Source of the DNA: Chiloscyllium plagiosum
Lineage: Eukaryota
Length of the DNA stretch: 64,000 bases
Reading direction: 5' to 3'
NCBI RefSeq assembly: GCF_004010195.1
Contig: NC_057719.1
Span: 70,153,728-70,217,727 of the forward strand
Part shown: positions 52,178-64,000 of the stretch, piece after piece
Layout: the number at the start of each line of letters is the position of its first letter
Numbering within the stretch: the first letter of the stretch is position 1
Notes under the pieces: generated by a model
What the model was told of the DNA's origin: nothing
The model's database searches: none
Seen by the model: only the letters and a program-made list of their open reading frames with translations
Translations under genes and position numbers: made by a program

Positions 52178-53600
52178 AGCACAGAGAATGCTGGAGAAAC
52201 TCAGCAAGTCTGGCAGCATCTGTGGAGAGAAAAATAAAGTTAACATTTCAAGTCTGATATGTCTTTTCTTCAGAACTGAAAGAGGTTTGAAAATGTTTGT
52301 TTTATTCTTTCTCTGGCTCTCACCTTATTCATCATTGACTCTTTGTTCTCCTTCCTTGTTTCTCAATTTCCATGTTGAAGATAGACTGTCCACCAATATA
52401 TATTAGAAACCCACCAACTCCCACAGTTACCTCCACTACACTTCCTTACACTCTACTCCCTGCAAGGTTTCTGGACTCTTCCCTCAGTTTCTTCATCTGT
52501 GTCCCATCTGATTTGATGATGCTACCTTCCACTGACATGCTTCTGTCATGACATTTTTCCTCACCCAAGGATTCTCCCCTATTTTGTTTGGTAGGATCCT
52601 AAGCTGTGTCTTATTTCCCACACTTCTGCCCTCACCTTTGCTCACCTTCACAGAAATATGGTAGGGTTCCCTTAATCTTATTCACCAGCCCACTAAACAT
52701 TACTGAAGGATCATCCTCTGCCATTTCTGTCACCTCCAGCAGGATCCACCACCAAACGTACCTTCCCTCCACTCCAATGTCAGCATTGTCAACAACGGAA
52801 ATTGTTCCCTCTTTGGTCCACTCATCCATAGCTAACACTTCATCATTCTCCCATGGCACTTTCCCAGACAATAACAGAACCTGTATATGCAACACTTGTT
52901 GACTCATCTCCTCTCCTCACTATCCACGGCTCCAAACAGACCTCCCAGTAAAGTAACATTTTACTTGTACTTTGTTCAATCAGGTCTACTGTATTCACTG
53001 CTCACAATATAATTATATTGGCAAGACCAAGTGAAGACTACTTAATGGGTAACTACTTAATGGAACACCTCTGCTCTCTCTATATTTGGATGACCCTGAT
53101 CTTCCAGTTGCTTGTCATTTTAATAAACCACCTTGCTCTCATGTTAACATTTCTGACCTGGCCCACTGCAGTATTTCAATGAAGAACACCGCAAACTCGA
53201 GGGACAATGCCACATTTTCTGCAGGGCACTAGGATGCAATATTGAATTCCACAATTCCAGAGCCTGACTTCCTGACATTTGTCCTCCATTTTTCTTACAT
53301 TCTTCTCCTCTCCTCCCACAGACCTGTCTTGTGTATTTGTTTACTTTGCTCTCAGCCAAACAGACACATTTTCACGCTTTCACACTTTAATTTACAGCCA
53401 TTTATATCTCTATTATCCCAATTTACAACCTCAGCCTTTGTAAACAAAATCATTTTCTCAAGCTTTTCAGTTCTGAAGAAAACTTACATCAGAGTCAAAA
53501 TGTTAAAATCTCTCTACAGTTAACACTAGATGATTTTTTTCCCAGCATTATCTATGTTTATTCCAGATTTCTATCATCCAGAGCATTTTGATTTTGTCCA
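52178..53600 (+). mobile_element. 5'-truncated Penelope-like element: inverted pLTR, RT-thumb/GIY-YIG remnant, terminal pLTR
   Basis: LSTNIY*KPTNSHSYLHYTS at ~52385; VYCIHCSQ..YIGKTK at ~52985-53030; GTTCTGAAGA motifs on opposite strands at ~52270 (-) and ~53470 (+). Confidence 0.8.
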
Positions 53601-54684
53601 ATGTAAATACATTTCATTGCAATTCAGAATTTTTCATCTGATTGAATTCTCTGTTTTTACAAACATCTTAATAATTGATGTGAAGTGTGCTTTGATACTT
53701 GCGGAATATTGTAAATATATCTTTTCAATTTGTGGCATTGACTTTTCTCTCACTTAACTTTGATTACACATATTAATTAGTATGCTATCATTTAACATTT
53801 GGAAAAATACCACAAAATGTTGCAGGTCATTTCATCTTTTTGCCTAGCTGGCTGAAAATACAATCCAGGGATTCAACAAAGTTGTATCTTGGTTAAGCGC
53901 AGTTTCAAATAGCTACATTGGGATATCCAAACTACTTTAAGACACACCTCCTGTTGGCTAAGTTAAGAGCTAATTGTCTATTTATAGCAGTGGTGTGTAG
54001 GATTGAACAAAATCAATTTGCCGTAGAAACAGATATACAGTATGATAATTACAAGCTTGTGGGAGATCTAGCTGAGTAAGGTAACTACAGTTTGGTTAAC
54101 CAGCTTTAACTGAATTTTATTAACACCAACTCTTGGAAGTGACTCAGATAATGGATGTGAATAGATGTTCACAGTATGACCATGAATGAAGTATAATTTT
54201 CTTCAATGTAGTCCTTTAGTGATTAAAACATAGGTATTTGAATTGAATTGATCTGCACTGCAAGTATTTTACAAATCACACTTGCAGAACCTTGAGTTTT
54301 TAATGTTCTTTAACTGGAAAGACGGTAGTTATTATCATCCCTGCATGTCCTAAGGCTATTAATAAGCAGCGACACAGTGATGGAGTCAAAATACATGTTG
54401 ATAATTCCATGCAAGCATTACACATTTCCTTTCTTGAAAGACATTAATGACCTAGTGTTTCTCTAGGACCATGATTAACATAATATCCTACCATATTACA
54501 TTTTAGCAGTATGTTTTTGGAAAATGACAAAAGCAGTGGTCATGTTTTTATATTTTTCAAGTAAAAGGGTGGGATAAATTTTCAAAAATCCACAATGCAG
54601 CTCCCAATCTACCTCTGGCAAATTCACTTTCAGTTTCATTGGAAATGATTTGTATAATGGGTGACTAAATGAGTGTAAGGATGC

Positions 54685-57360
54685 TGAATTGTTCCCACCT
54701 GCTTCAAGAAGATGACTATCATCCTGGTGCCAAAGAAAACTCAGGCAACATGCCTTAATCACCACCGTCTGGTGGCTCTGACATCCCATCATTATGAGTG
54801 CATTGCGAGGGTAGTAATGGCACACAATAACTCCAGTCTCCCTGATTGCCTTGATCCACTCCAATTCACCTACTGTCACAGTAGGTCCACAGCAGACACC
54901 ACCTCCCTGGCCCTACACTCATCCCTGGCATAACTGGATAACGTGGATACCTGCGTCAGACTCCTATTTATTGACATTAGTTCCACATTCATCACCATAA
55001 TTTCAACAAATTCATATCCAAACTCCCAGACATAGCAATCTGTTCCCCCCTCTACAACTGGATCATTCACTTCCTGACCCGCAGACCGCAATCAGTAAGG
55101 ATGGGTGACAACAACTCCTTCTCAATAATCCTCAACACTGGTGCTCTGCAAGGCTGCATATTCAGTCCCTTACTATGCTCCTTATACACTCATGATTATG
55201 TGGCCAAATTCAGCTCTAACTCCATTTATAAATTTGCTGATGACACCACTGTAGTGGGTCAGATCTCAAACAATGACAAGACAGTGTACAGGAACAAATT
55301 AGAATTAGGTTTTATTTTCATTCGAACTCAACTACAGGAATATAGCAGTCAAAAAGTGTGGTGCTGGAAAAGCACAGCAGGTCAGGCAGCATCCAAGGAG
55401 CAGCAAAGTTAATGCTTAGGCATAAGGCCTTCATCATGAATGTTGGTGGGTGGGGTAGGAGGCTGAGAGATAAATAGGTGGGGATGGAGGGGAGGTATCT
55501 GGGAAGGCAATAGATAGATGCAGGTGGAGGGTAATTGTGATAGGGCAGTAGGGATGGTGGAGCAGATTGGTGGGAAGAAAGATGGATAGGTAGAACAGGT
55601 CAAAACAGTGGTGCTAAATTGAAGGGTTAGATCTTGGATGAGGTGGTGGAGGGGAGATTTGGAAACTAGTGAAGTCGATGTTGATGCTGTGTGGTTTAAG
55701 GGTTCTGAGGTGGAAGATGAGGCGTTCTTGCTCTAGTTGTGTGGTTTGGATATGGTAGTAGAGGACACCCAGGACTTACACGTCCTTGGGCGAGTGGGAG
55801 GGGGAGTTAAAGTGGTTGGCCACAGGATTGTTTGGTGCATGTGTCCGAGAAATGTTCCCTGAAATGCTCCGCGAGTTGGCATCCTGTGTCCCCGATGTAG
55901 AGGAGACCACATTGAGAGCAATGGACACAGTAGATGAGGTGGGTGGATGTGCAGGAAAATCTCTGCCAGATGTGAAAAGATCCTTTGGGGCCTTGGATGG
56001 AGGTAAGGGAGAGGTGTGAGCATAAGTTTTACAACCTAAATGTTCAACATTACAGTTCTTCTCAGTAAGGAGTGGTAAATAAAGAAATAAAGTTAAACGT
56101 TACAAAATTAGGGCCCTTCTTTAACCATGGGCCAGCAGTCCTCCACACTGAGCTTTCCCCATGAGGGCTTGTAGTCCCCACCAGGGATCGATCTCTCCCA
56201 CATGCTAGGCTCAATCTTGTGCTCTCTACGAGGAAAGACCTCTCCTCCATGCTGCACTCTATCTGTCGATGCCCGTGCTGCCATCTCACAGCTGACCACC
56301 ACATCCAGCATTACTGGCCACCTTGCTGCAGACTGCTAGAGTCCCGCTGTGGTACCACTCAGGGACCCCACCCATTCCCACCTTGGAGAAGCTGCTATGT
56401 CACCGACTGCTTTGTCTGTGCTCCAGGTCCCCAGCCTCTGCTATTGCCGCTGCCAGAGCCTCCACATCTGGGTTCCCTCCAGAAGGTAAGGAGAGAAAAA
56501 AACTCAGCCACCATCTTGGAAAGCTATCAGAGAGCGGGACGGGAATGGAGTTGGATGATAGAGAGATAGACAGCTTAGCGGCATAGTGTAAAGACAACAA
56601 TCTCACCCCCATTGTCAGCAAAACAAAGGAGCTGGTCATCGACTTCAGGAGGTGGAATGGAGGACATGTCTCTGTTTGCAGCTGTGCTGAGATGGAGGTG
56701 GTTAAGAGCTTCAAATTCCTACGAGTAAGTATTACCATTGATGCTACAGTTAAGGCAACAGACTAAAACCTCTACTTCTTCAGAAAGCTAAGGAAATTCA
56801 ACATGCCTATAATGAAGCTTACCAATTTTTATAGGTGCACCATAGAGAGCATCCTATCAGGACATATCACAGCTTGACTTGGCAACTGCTCTGCCCAAGA
56901 CTGTAAGAAATTATAGAAAGTTGTAATTTCAGACCAGTCCATCACAAAACCTAGCCTTCCTTTCATTGACTCCATGTACACTTCCAGCTCAAGAAAGCAG
57001 TCAAAATAATCAAACACCTCTCCCACCCAAGTTATACTCTCTTCCACCCTCTTCCATCAGGCAGAAGATACAAGATTTTGAAAATGCTACCAGCAGATTG
57101 AAAAACAGCTTCTTCACTGGACCATCTCAGACACCTACCTCTCCTTCCTGGACCTCTCTGTCTCCATCTCCGGTGATTTCAGGATGGACCTCACACATAT
57201 TAGAGTTGATTTTCTCTATACCTTCTCTGCAGCTGTTACACTATATTCTGCAGATTGTTCTATTATTCTGATGTACTTAGGTAAGGTGTGAATTGCTTAG
57301 ATAGCACGCAAAACAATACTTTTCACTGTATCTCAGTACATCTGACAATAATAAATCAAA
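54685..57360 (+). mobile_element. Rex1/Babar-like LINE RT and 3' end, split by nested insertions at ~55297-56555
   Basis: IILVPKK..CLNHHRLVALTS, LDPLQFTY and TGALQGCIFSPLLCSLYTHD..KFADDTTVVGQISNND.TVYR; resumes EIDSLAA*CKDNNL..KTKELVIDFRR at ~56560; tail TGACAATAATAAATC. Confidence 0.85.
55349..56020 (-). mobile_element. Penelope-like element 3' part (GIY-YIG remnant plus pLTR) nested in the LINE
   Basis: Minus strand reads IYCVHCSQCGLLYIGDT (~55890-55935); pLTR AAAAGTGTGGTGCTGGAAAAGCACAGCAGG at 55351. Confidence 0.82.
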
Positions 57361-59789
57361 TAAAATATTATTTGAATATACTAACAAAGCTGTGTGCCTC
57401 AATTCTTAACAGATTTTTAGATTTCAAAATACCAGATCAGTGTTTCCTGGTTTCAATAGGTTAGTACCTTTCCAACACTGGGTGTAGGCCAGGAGAAGCA
57501 AGGCTGGACTCAGCCTCAGAACACTCCAGGAACCTCTTCACCAATGATGGATTGCCTTCCCAAAATCAAAGTGCCCCCAAACCTTAAAGCCAGTGCAATC
57601 TTCACCTCCACCCATTCCACTCACAACTTCCCTGCCTCTTACCTAGTCAACTTTCAGATTCCTCCCATCCAGTAACAATGACAACAATTTCTCTCACCCT
57701 TCACTCTCTGGCTGCAGCCTTCCAGTACAACCCTTTGCACCTGACAATGACCAGTGTCTATATTACTTGAATTTCCACTGTAACCCATCCTCACTCTATT
57801 GGCGTTATGTTAAATATCAGTGACCATGTGTCTGAATTTATTATAACTGAATTCCAATAAATAATTGCATGACATGCATTCTCCTTCAGTGCATTGTCCT
57901 TGTGATACTTATGTGTCCATGTGAACCAGTGTAAGTGAATTAGAAGATGCAGTTAAATCAGAACACAATTTAGCAACAAGTTCATTCTCCTTCATAAAAT
58001 TTGGGAACAAAAACTTTCCAACTTTACTTTCGATATGAAGATATAATTTTCATACTAACCTACAAATCACAACTTAGATTCATTTGGTGATGGTAACATC
58101 AGGTCAAACAAACGGAAGGTAATATTTTTAAAAGGTTATTTTTTGTCTTAATATTATGAAACAGTGTTTCTTTGCAACCACAATAAGAAAAATGTTGCTT
58201 GCATCATGTTTTAAGCTCTACTGTTTTGGGCATGATACAACTAAGTTGCTAAGTCATAAAAATCCTTCTGGAAATTGGATGAATTGGTGTTAGCTCAAAG
58301 TCTTGTTCATTCTAAGAGTGCAATTATCTGGTCCTCATGCTCATTTTGTTAGGTACGTTATTGCATAAAATATTTGTGAGCAAGGTCAAAACCACCAAAT
58401 TTACATCAAATTAATTATAATGAAGTCAAGGCACATCTCTGCTTTATTTAAAGAAGACATTAATGGCATGTTCTAGCTTTCAAAATTTGTTTCATAAATA
58501 CATTCTGAGGCATACTTTTCAAGAAGAGGTTTGGGCTGGGAACAGAAGGGTGCCGGAGCAAAATGTCTTGACTCAAGATAGCATGGTAGTTTTCCACTAT
58601 GTTTCAACTCCCTGGAATCATCCTCAAGCCTGAATCAAAGGCAGAATAGCTACCTAGGCATATTATTTTATTAAACAAATTACAAACAAACAATTTACAA
58701 AAAACATTTACAGCTGTACATAAGAGACAGCAATGTTACAAGGGAGAGGAGCAGCAAAGCTAGGCCCCAAACCCTACCATTCAACCATTTTACAGGGAGA
58801 TGAGGACAAACCTCAAATCCCAGTTCCACTTATGGCAAGACAGTGACAATGACATTTGTACATTAGACAATACTGTTACATACAAAGTGCAGCTACCTAG
58901 GCATAAGCTGTAAGTAGCTTGTTATTTCAACTGAATTACTAATTAAGGCCATTGATCAGAGACCAATTAGAATCTTCCAGTCAGTCTGCAGAACAGCCAC
59001 CACAACTCACACTATCAGGATACTTGGAGGTGGTTTACTAGCAACATGGAGACAATTGGACTCAAGGTGTCCAGAAATTTAGGATCCCAGGAATGTACCA
59101 TACTCTGTTGTCACCATACATATCTAGCTACAGTTTATGGGTGTAGTCCCCCTCTGTGGCCATTTCTGTTCTCCATTATTGTAAAATTCACAAGGAAGAC
59201 ATCTCAAAAGGAAGAAATCATCTCTCTTCCTTAGTTCAAATAACATACTGCAGCCTCTTCAACTCTAGAAGGTTTACTTTTTGTCCAACAGTTTACCAGG
59301 CATCTTGGGATTTGAGTCTGCCATTTTGCCACTGATTGGTCAATTCTGCAAAAATTGCCATTGGGTTACCGTTACTGACAAGATATGGTTAAGATCCCAT
59401 ATTTATTCCAGACACCTGTATGCCAGTTATTAATTTGTGTCTTTTTGGATTTCCTTGACTGCAATTTTACTTTGTTATATTTCCCTTATATTTTTATCTT
59501 TTCTACTTTTGACTCTTTTTTTTTCCCCCAAGCATTTAAATGTAGAATACATTTTCGAAAGAGAACTTGTGCAATATGCTTGTGGATTTGGATTGACTAA
59601 TTGGGTGCATGATTATTGATTGTGGCTTCCCAAGTTGTCTCTCATTGACTAGGCCACATAAAGACTTCTTCCTGTCCCAGTGTGATTACCTGCCCAGTTT
59701 CAATTAGTCTCAATGATTCCAACCAGTTCACTGCATTTACTCCTATTTAATTTAAAATTTTCTCTAATTCAGCAGCATCATCCGAACAT

Positions 59790-60390
59790 ACAGATTAGAA
59801 TTTGCAGTAAACTATTTGGTTTCTTGAGCTTACTCTGCCATTCAGTGAGATTATGGTTGAAGTGATTACTCCATATTCCCACCTACTAATGGTAACCTTT
59901 CACCCCTTGCTTATCAAAGATTGACCTAACTTTGCTTTAAAAAGATGAGTACTGCTTTTTTGAGGGAAATTTACGACACTATGAGAAAATATTTATCCTC
60001 ACTTTTGTCTTATTCTGAAACAGTGACACCAAGTTCTAGATTATTCCATAAGACGACACATCCTTTTCACATGAACAACATCAAGACCCTTCAGGTCTTT
60101 TATGTTTTAATCATGTCTCTCTTGCTTTCCTACTCTATTCTAAACTTTTTGAAACCAGTCCAACCCTTCCTCATCAGATAACCCACCCATTGCATCTGTT
60201 AGTCTGCTAAACATTCTCTGAACTGTGTCCATTGAATTTAGCTTCTTCCTTGAATAAGTAGCCAATGCTGTGCACAGTACCCCAGACATGGTTCCACTGA
60301 TGCCCAATTATAACTGAAGCATAACTTCTCTACTTTTGTATTCTATACACCTTACAATAAACTATAAACAATAACATTCTATTAGCTTGC
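59790..60390 (-). mobile_element. Decayed CR1 LINE 3' region
   Basis: CCAATGCTGTGCACAGTAC (reverse YCAQHW) and CR1-like 3' tail (CTGCCATTCAGTGAGATTATGG). Confidence 0.62.
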
Positions 60391-61119
60391 TGTAGCTGCA
60401 TTCTAAGGAATCACATATTTTTCTTATCAGGTTACAAACTGGAAAGTAGAAGTTGGACATTGCTACAGAGCTGAAATGTCTTGAGGAGAGGTTTTTACTG
60501 CAACTTGAAGTTCAAGTGCAATTTTGTTGTGTACACTTTAACTATAGAAAACTACAGGCTGAATCTCCCTTTTATTTTGCTGCCTCAGTTTCTCAAGTCT
60601 TTAGGACAGTTTCTTGCCATATCTTAACAAATGCAGCTAATTAATTACTACCCCACCCCTAAAACACTATGCTCACCTGGTTCTAACAGCATCGGCACAA
60701 TGAAATTCCACAGTTTCCATTCTTCCCATTCTAGGCTGGAAAGATTGAGTGGCATTGCAGACATCTAGGCCTGGATTCTTTGATGGAATTGCTATTCCAG
60801 GATAGGTGGCAGTTGTGATTGGGGACCTTGCAAAATTTCCAGCATGGCAGACTCCAAAGGAATTGCCTGGGAAATTGAATTTTCCACTGTGCAATTTCTC
60901 TATGCCTGGAACCCACCAAAGTCTCCATTTAAATTAGAGACTTTGGAAGGTTCTAATGACTCAGGTCAAATTAGACTATTAGGTACATACCCAGATCTGA
61001 TGTGACATGACCCAACGTGACCCCCACCATCCCCACCCTGCTAGGACTAAGCCGATTCACCCCCTCCTGCCAGAGGGGACAATTTCTCCCACGCCAGGAG
61101 AACTACGCTATGCACAGCA

Positions 61120-61440
61120 CCACCCACATTGCCACCTTGTACTCTGGCATCCTATGCACATGGCACCCTACCTGTACCTGAGATGACACCACATTTACAT
61201 TGTGCCTGACTCTGCCACTCATCTGACATTCTACACCAGCACCCAACCCCTCCATTGTTGGCACCCTGCCAAAAGACACGCTATCAACCTGGCACCCTGT
61301 CCACCTAGCACCCTCCTCACATCTCACCTGGCATTCCACCATTGACCATTTACCAATTCCTAACTGGCACGTTGCCCAGCTGGCACCTTGTTGCCTGGCA
61401 CCCTGCCCAGCTGGCACTCTACTAACTTTGCACCCTGAGT
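61120..61440. repeat. Degenerate minisatellite, core (C)TGGCACCCTG(Y)CC, ~17-nt period
   Basis: About 15 recurrences such as TGGCACCCT, TGGCATCCT, TGGCACCTT and TAGCACCCT. Confidence 0.75.
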
Positions 61441-62651
61441 GCCAGAATCTTTAAAATTCAGGGTGCAGCAGCCGACCGCTGTGAAAAGGAGTTGAGGTTC
61501 CCTTCCTTTGATGGTTCTCTATTACAAAATAAGATTATCATGGAGGAATCTCCTTCTCAACCTTTCCCCTGGACTGAGGAATGTAGGTCCTCAGATCAGA
61601 TTAAATCATCACCTCTAGTGAGAGAGCAGTTGTATGCTCCTGTAGAAAGATGGTAAGTTTTCCTTAACAAAATAAGTGTCAGTACAGAAGTGCCGCTCTG
61701 TATTTCAATGGAGCCCTGAGCAAAGTGAATGAGCATAGGGGTACGACTACTGTCTCTCAAGATCATTCACAGGTCGAGTGAGTTCCTCAAATCGGTTTTC
61801 AGGCCTGCATTTGAAGCACTTTATCCAAGTAGCTTATATTTCCATTTATTATGGTTTGCTTTTTTTCTACAAATAGATGCAAACTTTTAAGATTTTGATA
61901 TTTAAAGAATGCAAAAAATGAAATCCAAGAATCCAATGTGCATTCCAACATGTGTAAGTCAACAATCAGACATATTAACTTTATCTACGTTTCAGCAGAA
62001 CTCTTTTTTTTACTTAGTGCAAATGTATCAGTGTCTTCGTTGCCAACTTCAAAGTTTGCTCTGCATCAATCTGCGCATTGATGCTCTTGTTTCAAAGAGC
62101 TGAACAGTTGTTCAAATGTCTTGCATTTGACTTTATTTTTACTTCAAGTTTTGAGGAAACTCTCTGTTAGATGAGCACTATACCCATATTCTTCTGGTAA
62201 GCCTATACTGGAACAAAATTGTTAAATTTCTTGGAAAATGGTTTTGATCTTTATGGTCACCTTTTTCCCGCATAATGATGTGGCACACTTTTGTGTTTGA
62301 TGAGGATAATTAACCATCTCTGTATTTATTGTGAAAGCATTTTAATTGTAATTGTTTTCAAGAGGAGTGGGTTGTATGCAGAAAATTTTCCTTTCCACCA
62401 ATGGAGCATTAACAACTCCAAGCAGTCATTTGCCAATGACTCAGGATCCTCATGACACCTCTCTGATCCACTTGCAGCCTACTTACGAAGCACAGACTTG
62501 CCTTGAAAGACACAATGGCAACTAACTTTGAAATATTGCTAACAAGGACTCTTTATTCGTGGGACAGGTTACTGAGTTAGATCAAGATGCATTTCAGGGC
62601 TTCTTTCTTGCTTTCCTAGCACCTTTCCTGTATGCTGGCAGCATCCATGTC

Positions 62652-62891
62652 CTGGATTAGTGGTGCTGGAAGAGCACAGCAGTTCAGGCAACATCCGAGG
62701 ACAGGCAAAATCCGAGGACAGGCAAAATCGACGTTTCGGGCAAAAGCCCTTCATCAGGAATTTGCCCGAAACGTCGATTTTGCCTGTCCTCGGATTTTGC
62801 CTGTCCTCGGATGCTGCCTGAACTGCTGTGCTCTTCCAGCACCACTAATCCAGAATCTGGTTTCCAGCATCTGCAGTCATTGTTTTTACCT
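62652..62891. mobile_element. Palindromic Penelope-like pLTR insertion (93-bp arms, 16-nt spacer) with target-site duplication
   Basis: Arms 62652-62744 and 62761-62853 differ at one base; AGCATCCATGTCCTG at 62640-62654 and 62892-62906. Confidence 0.92.
62726..62760 (-). ncRNA. Minimal type I hammerhead ribozyme motif, intact core
   Basis: Minus strand: TTC-CTGATGA-A-GGGC-TTTT-GCCC-GAAAC-GTC^GA; predicted cleavage after 62730. Confidence 0.8.
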
Positions 62892-64000
62892 AGCATCCAT
62901 GTCCTGCCTTGTCTTCCCTTGTCTGTAATAACTTTCAGTATTGGTGTTTTAGCACAACCTCAAAGCTCTGTGCTGCCGGATTGATGAGCTCTTTTGTACA
63001 GACAGGCTGTTTGTCATGCTTCTCATTAGGAATCTGTCCTGGCAGATAGGGGTGGGAAAGGGAGGACATGTTGCTGTATGGGACACAGAGCTGTCAATCT
63101 AACACAGACAACATGCCAGCTGCATGGCCATCACATCGCACATTTATTCAACCAATTTGGAAAGTAGGTGCAGGCTATTTATCAATCCAATCACGAGGCC
63201 CCCTGCAGGTCAGGAGGTCCCAGTAATTTCAGTCACAGGCACACAGTCCACAAACTTGATCATGATACATCATCTGCATGGGCCAGTCATTGCAAATGGA
63301 TATAAAAGATTACAGTATGGGAAGCGGGTAATGGTCAGTTCTGTAGAGCCATCACAAGCAGGCGGGGGAATAGAGTGTCATCAGTCGGGGAGCTGCAAAC
63401 ACAGCGGTCAGGGGAGTTGCGTATCATTGGTCAGAGAAGGCTGGGGTGAATGCAGTCCAGTGGGTCAGTGTGTTGATTTTTGAAGAAGGTGGAAGAGAGG
63501 GCTTTAGGTACAAAGAAAGAATGTGGGGATGGGCCAGTCAAGGCAAGGGTCAAAGCAGAGGAATGTAATGAAGTGGGGACAAGGACCGTGGCAAGATGGA
63601 GAAAGCTGAGATTTAAGGGGCGTATGCAGAATAGCATCGGAAGGCATGGTTGGCTAGATGAGGCAAGGTTATTGGTAATGTGGTCCCCATGGAGGGAGTG
63701 TACAGGTCCTGGGTGGGAATAAGTAAGGTGTAATGTCAGGGCCCCAGCAGCACAGAGGACATGTGGATGTAAATTTCAATGTGGGGGGCAATGGGCTGTT
63801 GATGTAGTGCAAAGTAAGGGTGGACTTGGAGGCTCTGGGAGTGCATGTGGTGACCAGGCAGAGCCTCATTGTTGATGGATTGTCTGGAAGCTGGATTCCC
63901 TGTCATCACTTGGCATCCTCTAGATACTAACTGCAACTGGAAAATGGGTCAGACAAAACTCAGGGTTGGTGAAGCCAGTGTCAGTTTGACGGGCAAAAGC

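Noticed and set aside
61120..61440. CRISPR-like repeat-spacer array
   Set aside because: Eukaryotic DNA, short degenerate units, no constant 23-50 bp repeat, no cas genes.
62652..62853. miRNA precursor or DNA-transposon MITE
   Set aside because: Arms are Penelope pLTR sequence found singly elsewhere in the window, and extra pLTR sequence extends beyond the right arm.

Overview
Eukaryotic, AT-rich vertebrate DNA, almost certainly a shark/elasmobranch (several HE1 V-SINEs with their CR1-type partner LINE tail; the species is inference). The only intact protein-coding content I can support is the 5' end of NOVA1 (neuronal KH-domain splicing regulator) on the minus strand: coding exon 1 (48490-48355) and exon 2 (47044-46901), with a CpG-rich, multi-CCAAT promoter near 48.6-49.0 kb. 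Positions 1-46900 are a very long intron 2 (exon 3 not recognised in the window); positions above ~49 kb are upstream sequence. The rest is decayed transposable elements: HE1 and Deu-type SINEs, CR1/L2-group and Rex1/Babar-like LINEs, PIF/Harbinger remnants, and many Penelope-like fragments whose pseudo-LTRs carry minimal hammerhead-ribozyme cores. Most interesting: (i) NOVA-binding YCAY clusters overlapping the NOVA1 start codon and in intron 1; (ii) hammerhead-bearing Penelope pLTRs, including a young 93-bp palindromic insertion with an intact core; (iii) a 78-bp duplication enclosing a 57-bp inverted templated insertion. I see no convincing new multi-gene system. Repeat boundaries are approximate, read by eye.
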